A DNA stretch of 64,000 bases from Armatimonadota bacterium (GTDB lineage Bacteria > Armatimonadota > HRBIN16), in NCBI GenBank assembly GCA_963677485.1, contig OY781964.1, positions 4,352,001 through 4,416,000 of the forward strand, read 5' to 3'. The position numbers were made by a program, and so were the translations under genes. Of the stretch, positions 10,986-20,558 are shown piece by piece. The notes below the pieces were generated by a model. The model ran no database searches. It saw only the letters and a list, made by a program, of their open reading frames with translations, and had not been told where the DNA came from. Numbering within the stretch: position 1 is the first letter of the stretch; every line of letters starts with the position of its first letter.

Positions 10986-11015
10986 GTACACAATGATTAT
11001 ATTGTATGTAATCGG

Positions 11016-11100
11016 TCGTCGTGGTGTCCCTTGTGGGCGCCCTTAACAAGAACTATCGAATGAATAACGGTTAAGGCGCCCACAAGGGACGCCCCTACGA
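11016..11100. repeat. REP-like inverted doublet (GTAG-type extragenic palindrome pair)
   Basis: Left arm TCGTCGTGGTGTCCCTTGTGGGCGCCCTTAAC. The reverse complement of the right arm is TCGTAGGGGCGTCCCTTGTGGGCGCCTTAAC. The spacer is AT-rich, about 20 nt. Confidence 0.7.
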
Positions 11101-11130
11101 TAATATCCGTTTGAAAAGCGGTGCTAACCC

Positions 11131-11171
11131 AAAAAAGCCCCTCCGAATCTAACTGCTTCGGAGGGGCTTTT
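11131..11171. terminator. Bidirectional intrinsic terminator between nuoN and the ABC ATPase gene
   Basis: AAAAAAGCCCCTCCGAA-loop-TTCGGAGGGGCTTTT between convergent genes. Confidence 0.9.
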
Positions 11172-11184
11172 CGTAGAGTCTATA

Positions 11185-12312
11185 TTAGCCTTCGGAGTGG
11201 GTGCGCTGGCTCAGCACTACTTCGAGAGCCTTTGTTGTCTCTGTATCGAACAGATGGCACTTCGTGAGATCGAAACATACACTTGTGGTGTCGCCGACCT
11301 TGACAATGGCATCTGTGCTGAGGTTCGCCACCAGGGTATTGGTGACAGCCTTAGCGGTGAAGTATACAGTGAGATTGCTGCCCATGGGCTCCACGACATC
11401 GACATTCATCGATATGGTGTTAGGTGAGCCGGCGGGTGCAAGTTCGATATCTTCTGGACGCACACCGAATTGCAGCTTCTTGCCAACATAGTTGGAAAGG
11501 GCTGGCCATCGGTCGGTGGGCAGTACGAGGCTGGAACCGCCTGCGTTCAGAACCATATTTGAACCGCTCTTCTCAAGAGTACCTTCCATGAAGTTCATGG
11601 GAGGGGTACCGATGAAGCCTGCTACAAAGATGTTGGCAGGGTAGCGGTAGATATTCATAGGAGTATCGCACTGCTGGAGCAGACCATCCTTCATGACCAC
11701 AATGCGGTCGCCCATGGTCATCGCTTCCACCTGGTCGTGTGTGACGTAGATGGTGGTGATGCCAAGACGGCGCTGCAGTTTCGTGATCTCGGCGCGGGTC
11801 TGAACACGCAGTTTAGCGTCCAAGTTAGAGAGTGGTTCGTCCATGAGGAAGACCTGCGGTTCGCGCACAATGGCGCGGCCGAGGGCGACACGCTGTCGCT
11901 GACCACCGGAGAGTTGCTTCGGCTTGCGGTCGAGAAGGTTCTCGAGACCGAGCAGCTGGGCAGACTCTTGCACACGGGCGTCGATCTTGTCTTTTGGGAA
12001 CTTGCGCATACGCAGAGCGAATGCCATGTTCTCGTAGACCGACATGTGTGGGTAGAGCGCGTAGTTCTGGAAGACCATTGCGATGTCGCGGTCTTTAGGT
12101 GCCACATCGGTGACGTCATGCTCGCCGATGAGGATCGAACCAGAGGTGGTTTCTTCAAGGCCGGCGATCATACGCAGCGCGGTGGTTTTACCGCATCCGG
12201 ATGGGCCGACGAGTACGAGGAACTCTTTGTCGTAAATCTCAAGACTGAGATCGTTGACCGCTACGACGGCTTTAAACGTCTTGGTTAGATTGCGAAGGGT
12301 GACAGATGCCAC
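11185..12312 (-). CDS. Sugar ABC transporter ATP-binding subunit (MsmK/MalK/UgpC family)
   Basis: Walker [18 protein letters not shown] signature, [25 protein letters not shown], and a C-terminal TOBE/OB region. Confidence 0.95.
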   Translation of the reverse strand: MASVTLRNLTKTFKAVVAVNDLSLEIYDKEFLVLVGPSGCGKTTALRMIAGLEETTSGSILIGEHDVTDVAPKDRDIAMVFQNYALYPHMSVYENMAFALRMRKFPKDKIDARVQESAQLLGLENLLDRKPKQLSGGQRQRVALGRAIVREPQVFLMDEPLSNLDAKLRVQTRAEITKLQRRLGITTIYVTHDQVEAMTMGDRIVVMKDGLLQQCDTPMNIYRYPANIFVAGFIGTPPMNFMEGTLEKSGSNMVLNAGGSSLVLPTDRWPALSNYVGKKLQFGVRPEDIELAPAGSPNTISMNVDVVEPMGSNLTVYFTAKAVTNTLVANLSTDAIVKVGDTTSVCFDLTKCHLFDTETTKALEVVLSQRTHSEG

Positions 12313-12360
12313 AACTTACCCCCTAAGTATTATGTGAGTGTGGTGATAAACCCCATAGAC

Positions 12361-12389
12361 ATCTTACGCTACCAGCCTTGCGGTGTCAA
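12361..12389 (-). promoter_or_regulatory. Sigma70-type promoter of the ABC ATPase gene
   Basis: Minus strand TTGACA-N17-TAAGAT about 50 nt upstream of the start. Confidence 0.7.
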
Positions 12390-12697
12390 ACTGGAGGGGG
12401 TGGGGGCTAACGATGGTGTAGGATACCGGGCACCTTATCATGCTTCGTAGGTAATATGCCACATAATAAAGGTATATTATCGACAGATGATACTCTCTGT
12501 TCGCATGTATGGCCATAGACCTCAAAAGACGCGACCGCTCCTTCGATTAAGCTACATGCCTTATGTATGCGAGCGTACACACTGACTATGATATTCTGAT
12601 TTTCTTTCAACGATACGAACTAGTAAAGATCCTTACTGTTCAATTATAAACAGAGTAAAAAATAACTCCTCGAATCTGAGAAATATCCTAAAAAGGG

Positions 12698-12726
12698 TTG
12701 ACATGTCTGTGACGACACCGCATAAT
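12698..12726 (+). promoter_or_regulatory. Sigma70-type promoter of the giant surface protein gene
   Basis: TTGACA(12698)-N17-CATAAT(12721). Shine-Dalgarno GAAGGAG at 12801. Confidence 0.75.
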
Positions 12727-12815
12727 AGGGTTAGTAGCTCATGGTAATTCGGTGTGTATAAACCATGATGTTTATACACGAGCTTCATTGGGCATCCCAC
12801 GAAGGAGAAATACCC

Positions 12816-15800
12816 ATGTCACGTTTACGTCTGTTAACATCACCAGTATGGCTTTCCCTGCTCGCACTACTAGCAATAGCACAGTCATCAGTCGCCGCTG
12901 TCGCACCTCCTGACGTCACCTCATTCGCTCCTGCGAGTGCCTATGAAGGCGAATATGGTCATACAATAACGATCACAGGCTCCAATTTCGCAGGAGCAAG
13001 CTCTGTAAACATTGGCGGACATCCTGCCAGCTTTCGAGTGGTCAGTGATACTATCATCAAAGCAGAGGTGCCGGTGTCGGCATATACATACTGGATCGTG
13101 GTGACCACCCCTGGTGGCATAGGTTACAGTAAAGATAACTTCGTCATCAAGCCCATCCCAGCCCCAACCATTACTTCTTTATCCCCAACTAGTGCTTACG
13201 TAGGGGAAGTCGGGCAAACTGTCACCATTACAGGCACGAACTTCAAAGGCGTCACTACGACCAAGAAGTTTTCTGGCACAACTGCTGTGACCATTGGTGG
13301 TCAGAATGCCAATTTTACCGTGGTAAATGCAACAACTATTAAAGCGATTGTTCCTGCCTCCGCCAGTACTTACTGGATCACCGTTACCACCTCAGGTGGC
13401 ACCGCCTATAGTATAGATAACTTTGTTATAAATCCTGTAGCAATACCTTCTATATCGTCATTCTCACCTGTGAGTTCCTATGCAGGCGAAAGTGGGAGCA
13501 AAGTAACGATCAACGGACAGAACTTCAAGGGAACAGGAACGGTCAACGGCCTATTTAAGGTGACATCCGTTCTGATCGGCGGCAGCCCTGCCAGCTTCAA
13601 CGTCGTGAATGACACCACCATTATGGCAGTCGTTCCTGAGAACGTTATGTATCCTATCTACCCCATTTCGGTTGCCAACTCTGGTGGGACTGGATACAGC
13701 AAAGACAACTACACTGTGATGTCTGTGCCAGTACCAACCATCACTTCATTCACTCCCACGTATTCATGCGTCGGTGAAACTAGATGTAAAGTGAGTATCA
13801 CGGGCACGAATTTTAAGGGTAAAGGGTCACTTAAGGGGCTCATCACCACAAGCTCAGTTATGATCGGCGGCACATCAGCGAGCTTCAAGGTAGTCAACGA
13901 CACGTCCATCACGGCTGTAGTGCCAGTCGTAGTCGCCTACGCAGCTTACCCAATCACCGTCACCACCAATGGTGGTACCGCATATAGTAACGACAACTTT
14001 ATTGTGAAGCCGATTCCGGCTCCGACCATTACGTCCTTCTCTCCCTCCTCTGGAGGAGTCGGAGACACGGTCACCATTACCGGCACGAACTTCAACGGGA
14101 TTAGCGCTGCCAGTGATGATTTCACTGGTACATCGATGGTTAAGATTGGCGGTACTCCCACTAGCTTTACTGTGGTGAGTGATACATCGATCACTGCTAA
14201 AGTGCCAGCCAACGCAGCGTATCCTATTTACCAAATCTCAGTTGCCACCTCAGGCGGCACAGTCTTTAGTGCGAGCAACTTCACAATCAACACTTTGGTT
14301 CCTCCGGTCATCACATCCTTCTTTCCGACCAAGGGCAAAGCTGGTGATGTTGTTACCATAACAGGCAAGAATTTCGCGGAGACCACATCTGTGAAGTTCA
14401 ACGGCCTAGCGGCTTCTACATTCACTGTCGTAAGTGCCACTTCTATCACTGCCACGGTTCCCGATGACGCGACCTCTGGCAAGATATCAGTCACTACGCC
14501 CGGTGGAACCGCCACGAGTGCGTCGAACTTCACTGTGCTTTACACGCCTACGATTACCTCCTTCTCGCCAATATCGGGAAAAGTAGGGGATATCGTGACG
14601 ATAACTGGCACGAACTTCACAGGTGCGACAGGTGTGAAGTTCAACGGCTTATCGGCTGTCACATTCACGGTCGTAAGTGCCACTTCCACATCTGCCACGG
14701 TTCCCGATGGCGCGACTACTGGCAAAATTACCGTCACCACGCCAGGCGGAACAGCTACCAGTGCAGATGACTTCACGGTATACCAACTGCCTACCATCAG
14801 TTTATTTGCGCCAGACAGTGGCAAGGTCGGTGATGTGGTCACAGTTACTGGCACCTACCTCTTGGGTTCGAGTGAAGTAACCTTCAATGGTTTGTCGGCT
14901 GATGCATTCACAGTCGTAAGTGCCACGTCCATCACTGCAACTGTGCCTACCGGAGCGACCACAGGCAAGATTGCCGTCACTACACCAGGCGGCACAGCTA
15001 CGAGCGCAGATGACTTCACAGTCAATGCAGCATTCGTCTACACTTGGCACAGGTATGGTAGTAGCGAATATGCCCTTACATCCTCTAGAACTCTCTGGTG
15101 GGACAATGAAGCTGAGGCCGTCAGTGTAGGTGGTCACTTGGTGACGATCGAATCTGCCGATGAAAACAGATGGTTGGCAGATACGTTCGCAAACATTTAT
15201 TGCATCGGCTACGATGGTATTCAAGGGGGTGCCATCGCACAGATCGGTTATTACCATGACGAACAGACAGGTAACTGGGAGTGGGTTAGCGGAAAACCTG
15301 TGGGATATAGAAACCTCTACGCGATGTTTCCTCAAGGAGGAGCACTCGGTTACATGCATGTCCGTCCTCATCCTGACACGACGTACTCATGGAATGCAAA
15401 CCCTGAGCATACGGTAGGAGAGAATCTTGCTTACGGTATCATTGAACGCCCGAGCAGCTCAATCCCTTCGATTATCTCGTTCTCACCGACAAATGGAAAA
15501 CCCAGCGATGTAGTCACCATCATTGGTAGGTTCCTGTCCGAAGCATATGCCGTATCATTCAATGGAGTATCGGCGAATTTTACTGTGAACAGCGATACAT
15601 CAATCTCAGCCACGGTACCCAGCGGAGCTTTGACAGGCAAGATATCGGTCAGCGCTCCAGGTAATGTAGCAATAAGCGCAGATGATTTTACCGTCCTCCA
15701 GTCGGGAGCCATCGCTATTGCAGCAGGTAACCAACATACTGTAGAACTCAGCAGTGATGGCTATTTGAAATTCTGGGGTGAAAACAACTACGGCCAGTGC

Positions 15801-18692
15801 AACGATCCGTCGCCAAACATTGACTTCATTGGAATAGCTGCTGGTGAGGGGCATACAGTTGGTTTAAAACGCGATGGCTCTGTAATTAGTTGGGGGCTAA
15901 ATGCATACAATCTGTTAATTACACCTGCTCCCAACCAGGATTTTACCGCCATAAGTGCAGCAGGATGCGTTACTGCAGGTCTTAAGCGGGATGGCTCAGT
16001 GGTCTGTTGGGGTGATAACTCCACAGGACAGTGCAATGTGCCTGCACCCAACGAGAATTTCATAGCCGTATCTGCGGGTGACTATCGTTGCACTGGTTTG
16101 AAGCGTGACGGCACATTAGTCACTTGGGGTGAAAACACATACGTGCCTGATATAAATCAGGACTTCATAGCTGTGGCCGTTGGACGTTCACAATCCATAG
16201 CGCTAAAACGTGATTGCTCTGTTGTTGCCTGGGGCAACAACTATTTCGGTCAACTCAATGTGCCTACTCCTAACCAGGATTTTGTGTCGATCGCGTCAGG
16301 AGAATGCCACAATGTTGGCTTGAAACGCGACGGCTCAGTGGTCTGTTGGGGGAACAATGTTTGGGGCCAATGCAATGTGCCTGAACCAAATAGTGACTTT
16401 GTGGCTATCGCTGCCTCATATTACCACTCAGTTGGTCTTAAACGCGATGGCACAGTTATACATTGGGGACAAGGTATCCAAGCAATATCGCCTACACAGG
16501 GTAAAGCTGGCGATGCTGTGACCATTCAAGGCATGTGCTTGACTGGTGCGTCTGCAGTGCTCTTCAACGGCACGAATGCTAGTTATACGGTGGAAGGTGC
16601 ATCATACATCAAGGCAATAGTGCCTAATGGTGCCTCTACGGGTAGAATCACTGTTGTTACCCCAGGAGGGGTTGCGACGAGTCCTGTAGACTTCGAAGTA
16701 TTTGAGAAGCCATCAATTACTTCATTTAGCCCAACTTACGGAAAAGCTGGTGAAGTTGCGACCATATCTATCAAAGGAACGAACTTCCTAGGAACAACAC
16801 TCGTAGCAGTGAATGGTATCGGAACTTCATTTACAGTAGTTAGCCCCACATCAATGGATGTCTATGTGTATTTAGGAACCTCAGGTCATATTTCCATCAC
16901 CACCCCCGGTGGAACAGCGACGAGTGAAACAGAGTTTACTGTATATCAATCACCATCTATCCTCTCATTCTCACCCACAAGTGGCAAGACAGGAGATAAG
17001 ATCACGGTTACAGGTACGAATCTGACCGCGGCATCAGTTGTATCGCTTAATGATATATCCTGTGATTTCACCGTGAACAGTGACACTACGATTAGTGCTA
17101 CCGTGCCGATCGGTGCGTCGACCGGTAAGATCACCGTAACCACGGTAGGCGGAACTGCCTGTAGTGCTGATGAGTTCGTTATTTATCAGGCTCCAACGAT
17201 CACATCATTCGCACCTGCAAGCGGTAAGGTAGGCGATAACGTCACTGTAATCGGTATGAATTACACCGATGTATCGGAGGTCGCATTCAATGGAACCACG
17301 GCTGCGTTTACGGTCAGTAATGCCACCTCAGTCATTGCTACAGTACCTATCGGTGCGACATCAGGAAAGATAACGGTAGTTACGGTAGGAGGTATGGCAA
17401 CTAGCTTGGAGGACTTTACTGTTATTCAACAACTGCCCAAGAGTGGAGCCATTACTGTATGGGGCGATAGCAGCAATGGGAAGTGCGACATACCCAGCGT
17501 TAACGAGGATTTCGTAACTGTTGCTGGTGGTGATATGCAAACCTTAGGTTTAAAAACTGATGGATCTATAGTCTGTTTCGGGCTGAAACACCCAGATATG
17601 TGCCTAGTGCCAGAACCTAATCATGACTATATCGCCATATCCTCGAGACGATATCTTTCAGTTGCATTAAGGAATGATGGTTCGGTGGTTTGTTGGGGAG
17701 TTGATGGACAACCACAGTGCACAATACCTGTACCGAACATGGGATTTACCTCTGTTGGGGTAGGCTGGTACCATGTTGTCGGATTGAAGAGCGATGGGTC
17801 TGTTGCTGTATGGGGATTAAACGATAGTGGTCAATGTGATGTACCTAGTGATAACAGTAACTTCGTTGCAGTGGCTGCGGGAGCCTTCCACAGTCTTGGA
17901 TTAAAAAAGGACGGGACGGTGGTAGGGTGGGGAAGGAATGAATGCAGTCAGTGCGAACCACCTTTTCCAAACAGCGATTTCATAGCTGTAGCTGCAGGCG
18001 ACTACCATTCCTTGGGCTTGAAAAGTGACGGTTCGATAGTATGCTGGGGTGGCTGGGATGTTTTTGCTACTGGGCAATGCCGTGTGCCGGAACCAAATAG
18101 GGATTTTGTAGCTATTGCTGCAGGAAGTCAACACTCCATCGGACTGAAACGAGATGGAACTATTGTGTGCTGGGGGTTGAACACCGACGGTCAATGCAGT
18201 GTTCCTTCGCCGAATCGAGGATTTATCGGTATAGGTGCAGGTGGTACTACGACAATAGCAATACGTGCTATTCAACCTATATCGGGACAGATGCAGTTGG
18301 GTAATTTCGTTGGTGATGTTTCATCTCAGCAATTGACAGCCACCATTTGCAATGTGTTTGATGCTAACACTAGCCAGATTCTGAAGCTATTACCCCAATC
18401 AGGCGGTTATTTCTCACTGTCAACCTACCTACAGCCACCATACGACATCCGTATTTCTGGTTCTCATTACCTTGCGAAGAAGATTACGAATGTGAGCGTG
18501 GATCAGAGCTTGAATGTCGCGCTAGTAAATGGTGATGCAGATGGAAATAACAGTGTTGACCTGTTTGATTACGCCGTGCTGGATGCTCATTTAAATACAG
18601 CAGATAACATGGCAGACCTAGACGGTAGCGGGCAAGTAAACCTGTTTGACTATGCGATCATCGATCAGAACTTCGGCGCAAGAGGAGACTGA
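12816..18692 (+). CDS. Large secreted modular protein: 13 IPT/TIG domains, C-type lectin domain, two RCC1-like beta-propellers, C-terminal Ig-like + dockerin-like module
   Basis: Signal peptide MSRLRLL...SSVAA after the SD. Repeated P-x-ITSFSP..G..VTITG.NF units, a GGHLVTIESADENRWL lectin motif, ~38-aa AIAAG..H.vGLKrDGsVVcWG repeats, and duplicated GDADGNNSVDLFDY / ADLDGSGQVNLFDY. Confidence 0.9.
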   Translation: MSRLRLLTSPVWLSLLALLAIAQSSVAAVAPPDVTSFAPASAYEGEYGHTITITGSNFAGASSVNIGGHPASFRVVSDTIIKAEVPVSAYTYWIVVTTPGGIGYSKDNFVIKPIPAPTITSLSPTSAYVGEVGQTVTITGTNFKGVTTTKKFSGTTAVTIGGQNANFTVVNATTIKAIVPASASTYWITVTTSGGTAYSIDNFVINPVAIPSISSFSPVSSYAGESGSKVTINGQNFKGTGTVNGLFKVTSVLIGGSPASFNVVNDTTIMAVVPENVMYPIYPISVANSGGTGYSKDNYTVMSVPVPTITSFTPTYSCVGETRCKVSITGTNFKGKGSLKGLITTSSVMIGGTSASFKVVNDTSITAVVPVVVAYAAYPITVTTNGGTAYSNDNFIVKPIPAPTITSFSPSSGGVGDTVTITGTNFNGISAASDDFTGTSMVKIGGTPTSFTVVSDTSITAKVPANAAYPIYQISVATSGGTVFSASNFTINTLVPPVITSFFPTKGKAGDVVTITGKNFAETTSVKFNGLAASTFTVVSATSITATVPDDATSGKISVTTPGGTATSASNFTVLYTPTITSFSPISGKVGDIVTITGTNFTGATGVKFNGLSAVTFTVVSATSTSATVPDGATTGKITVTTPGGTATSADDFTVYQLPTISLFAPDSGKVGDVVTVTGTYLLGSSEVTFNGLSADAFTVVSATSITATVPTGATTGKIAVTTPGGTATSADDFTVNAAFVYTWHRYGSSEYALTSSRTLWWDNEAEAVSVGGHLVTIESADENRWLADTFANIYCIGYDGIQGGAIAQIGYYHDEQTGNWEWVSGKPVGYRNLYAMFPQGGALGYMHVRPHPDTTYSWNANPEHTVGENLAYGIIERPSSSIPSIISFSPTNGKPSDVVTIIGRFLSEAYAVSFNGVSANFTVNSDTSISATVPSGALTGKISVSAPGNVAISADDFTVLQSGAIAIAAGNQHTVELSSDGYLKFWGENNYGQCNDPSPNIDFIGIAAGEGHTVGLKRDGSVISWGLNAYNLLITPAPNQDFTAISAAGCVTAGLKRDGSVVCWGDNSTGQCNVPAPNENFIAVSAGDYRCTGLKRDGTLVTWGENTYVPDINQDFIAVAVGRSQSIALKRDCSVVAWGNNYFGQLNVPTPNQDFVSIASGECHNVGLKRDGSVVCWGNNVWGQCNVPEPNSDFVAIAASYYHSVGLKRDGTVIHWGQGIQAISPTQGKAGDAVTIQGMCLTGASAVLFNGTNASYTVEGASYIKAIVPNGASTGRITVVTPGGVATSPVDFEVFEKPSITSFSPTYGKAGEVATISIKGTNFLGTTLVAVNGIGTSFTVVSPTSMDVYVYLGTSGHISITTPGGTATSETEFTVYQSPSILSFSPTSGKTGDKITVTGTNLTAASVVSLNDISCDFTVNSDTTISATVPIGASTGKITVTTVGGTACSADEFVIYQAPTITSFAPASGKVGDNVTVIGMNYTDVSEVAFNGTTAAFTVSNATSVIATVPIGATSGKITVVTVGGMATSLEDFTVIQQLPKSGAITVWGDSSNGKCDIPSVNEDFVTVAGGDMQTLGLKTDGSIVCFGLKHPDMCLVPEPNHDYIAISSRRYLSVALRNDGSVVCWGVDGQPQCTIPVPNMGFTSVGVGWYHVVGLKSDGSVAVWGLNDSGQCDVPSDNSNFVAVAAGAFHSLGLKKDGTVVGWGRNECSQCEPPFPNSDFIAVAAGDYHSLGLKSDGSIVCWGGWDVFATGQCRVPEPNRDFVAIAAGSQHSIGLKRDGTIVCWGLNTDGQCSVPSPNRGFIGIGAGGTTTIAIRAIQPISGQMQLGNFVGDVSSQQLTATICNVFDANTSQILKLLPQSGGYFSLSTYLQPPYDIRISGSHYLAKKITNVSVDQSLNVALVNGDADGNNSVDLFDYAVLDAHLNTADNMADLDGSGQVNLFDYAIIDQNFGARGD

Positions 18693-19023
18693 GGCACCAA
18701 GTCTAACCGTACTTTATCACGTTTTGGTTCCTTACGTTTGGCGTAGCTGCAGTGGTGGTTATGGATAGTGTAGTTGAATATCGAGCATATGCGGATATCA
18801 TGGTATCCAATACTATGATGCTCATCGAAACTAGCAGCGATAATCGAATTCTACATCATAGCAGGCGGCCGGGCTGCCTGAAGTGTATGAAGCGGGTTGC
18901 AGATGCCGCAGTGGCTATCAATCGATACTGCCGTCGCTTGAGCACCCGGGCGAGCAGTCACTGCGGCTTCGAGAGCAGGCAGGATGGCCGATGAACCTAA
19001 GATGATAGTCAGGAGATTGCCTC

Positions 19024-20469
19024 ATGCAAGTCACATTGCTTCTTTGCCTTTTATCACTATTGTGCTGTTTACCATCGGGTGCCAGCGTGCTTGCTGACGG
19101 TGCCTTAGCCGATAACCCGAAGCTGCCCTGGAAACTGCTGTTTTCCGACAGTCAGGACGTCACTGACGTCTGGGGTAAGCTTGACTTCGGCGTCACACCG
19201 GTGAAGCTGCTCCGTGAGTGCGAGCATCCTGGGTTTACCGTGGTGGGCAGTTTCCCGCTGCCCGATGGCTCGTGGGAAGTATTTGGTCAGCAGATGACCG
19301 AGATCAAGCCCGGCAACGCGCGTGAGCGCATCATGAACTGGAAGCTGCTGAGGTGCACCACCCGCGATGGTGCTCACTTTGAGAACCTGCAGACTGTGTA
19401 TGAAGATTCCGCTGTTTACACAGACCACCTTGCGGTAGCCAGAAACGGCGACACCGGTGAGTATCTTTTGCTCAAGCTGAAAGTCGATATCTCAGGATTT
19501 GCCTACACCGCCTTCTTCAGTGCGGACGGAAAGAGCTGGAAGGAATATACCGGAAATCCGCTGTTCTACGATGGTGACGCGATGAGCCTGTTCTGGAGCC
19601 CCGTGCTGCACAGCTTTGTATGCATCAATAAGAGCCTGCAGCCCTTCCGTAAGCACATCATCGACCACGGCGGGCCCACTGGCTCACTGAAAGACGATTC
19701 GCTGCGTGATCGGCGCGTATTGATGATGCGGACCAGTCACGATGGCCGGAGCTGGAACCCCAATGTCTCACTGCCGGATGTCTGGGACCTTCAGGGCAAG
19801 AAGGGCTCCATACCCGCCAAATATCTCACGAAACCCGACAAGATCGATCCACCAGACTTGGAGTTCTACAGCGGGAACGCCTTTTGGTATTACGACCGCG
19901 CTTATATGATGGTGCTGAACTACGCACCGAGTGCCGCGGAACCGGGGAAGCACGCCCCGCAACTAGATAATGAGTGGTGGACCAGCCGTGATGGTCTGCG
20001 CTGGGATCGGCCCGCTCGAGGATTGAATGCTCTGGAGGTGTTTCCGCAGATTCCTCGCCTGGAGACCCATCCGATGGTGATGGGGGGAAACATCGTCTTT
20101 TGCCGGAACAACATGCTGTTGGGCATGCCAGAGGACCGCATCAGCTTTGTGGGCGCAAGGGCGAACGGCGAGTTCTCCACCAAGCCGTTTACCATGCCGA
20201 ACACGGGGGTATTGTTGAACGCTTCGGTACCCTCTGCAGACAAGAAATATCTGGCGGACAGAGCCTATCTGATGGTCGCCGTGTTGGACGAGAAGGGCAA
20301 GGTGATACCTGGGTTCGAAGCGGAGAAATGCATCATCCGAAAAGAGGATCGGATTGACATCCCGTTGAAGTGGGGCGAAGCCTCCGCACGACAGCTTGCC
20401 GGTAAGTCCGTTCGGCTGCGCTTTTTGCTGGGTAGTGCCAGCATTTATGCGGTCACCGCCGGTAAGTAG
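19024..20469 (+). CDS. Secreted hypothetical protein, probably glycoside-hydrolase-like (beta-propeller with Asp-box-like motifs)
   Basis: Signal peptide and AGGAG SD. S.DG..W motifs (FSADGKSW, TSHDGRSW, TSRDGLRW). C-terminal TKPF...IPGF...VRLRF beta-sandwich. Confidence 0.6.
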   Translation: MQVTLLLCLLSLLCCLPSGASVLADGALADNPKLPWKLLFSDSQDVTDVWGKLDFGVTPVKLLRECEHPGFTVVGSFPLPDGSWEVFGQQMTEIKPGNARERIMNWKLLRCTTRDGAHFENLQTVYEDSAVYTDHLAVARNGDTGEYLLLKLKVDISGFAYTAFFSADGKSWKEYTGNPLFYDGDAMSLFWSPVLHSFVCINKSLQPFRKHIIDHGGPTGSLKDDSLRDRRVLMMRTSHDGRSWNPNVSLPDVWDLQGKKGSIPAKYLTKPDKIDPPDLEFYSGNAFWYYDRAYMMVLNYAPSAAEPGKHAPQLDNEWWTSRDGLRWDRPARGLNALEVFPQIPRLETHPMVMGGNIVFCRNNMLLGMPEDRISFVGARANGEFSTKPFTMPNTGVLLNASVPSADKKYLADRAYLMVAVLDEKGKVIPGFEAEKCIIRKEDRIDIPLKWGEASARQLAGKSVRLRFLLGSASIYAVTAGK

Positions 20470-20498
20470 GTCGGAAATTGCGATTGTCGGTATTGCAC

Positions 20499-20534
20499 AA
20501 AACGGAGGGGGGACACATCTCTGTGTCCCCCCTC
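20499..20534 (-). terminator. Intrinsic terminator between the GH-like gene and the helicase gene
   Basis: 13-bp stem GAGGGGGGACACA/TGTGTCCCCCCTC with a short U-tract on the minus strand. Confidence 0.8.
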
Positions 20535-20558
20535 GTCATTCGGATTGCAGGCTACTGT

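Noticed and set aside
12407-12610. 67-aa minus-strand ORF in the divergent intergenic region
   Set aside because: TTG start without an SD, no motif, and it lies between two promoters.
14340-15020. 243-bp periodic DNA repeats as a CRISPR or non-coding array
   Set aside because: They are in-frame IPT/TIG domain repeats, with no short repeat-spacer pattern and no cas genes.
15030-15450. C-type lectin domain as a possible diversity-generating retroelement target
   Set aside because: There is no reverse transcriptase and no adenine-variant template repeat in the window, and the domain is internal.
18752-18994. 80-aa ORF between the giant protein gene and the GH-like gene
   Set aside because: It has no SD or recognisable motif and overlaps the structured region, so it is probably spurious.
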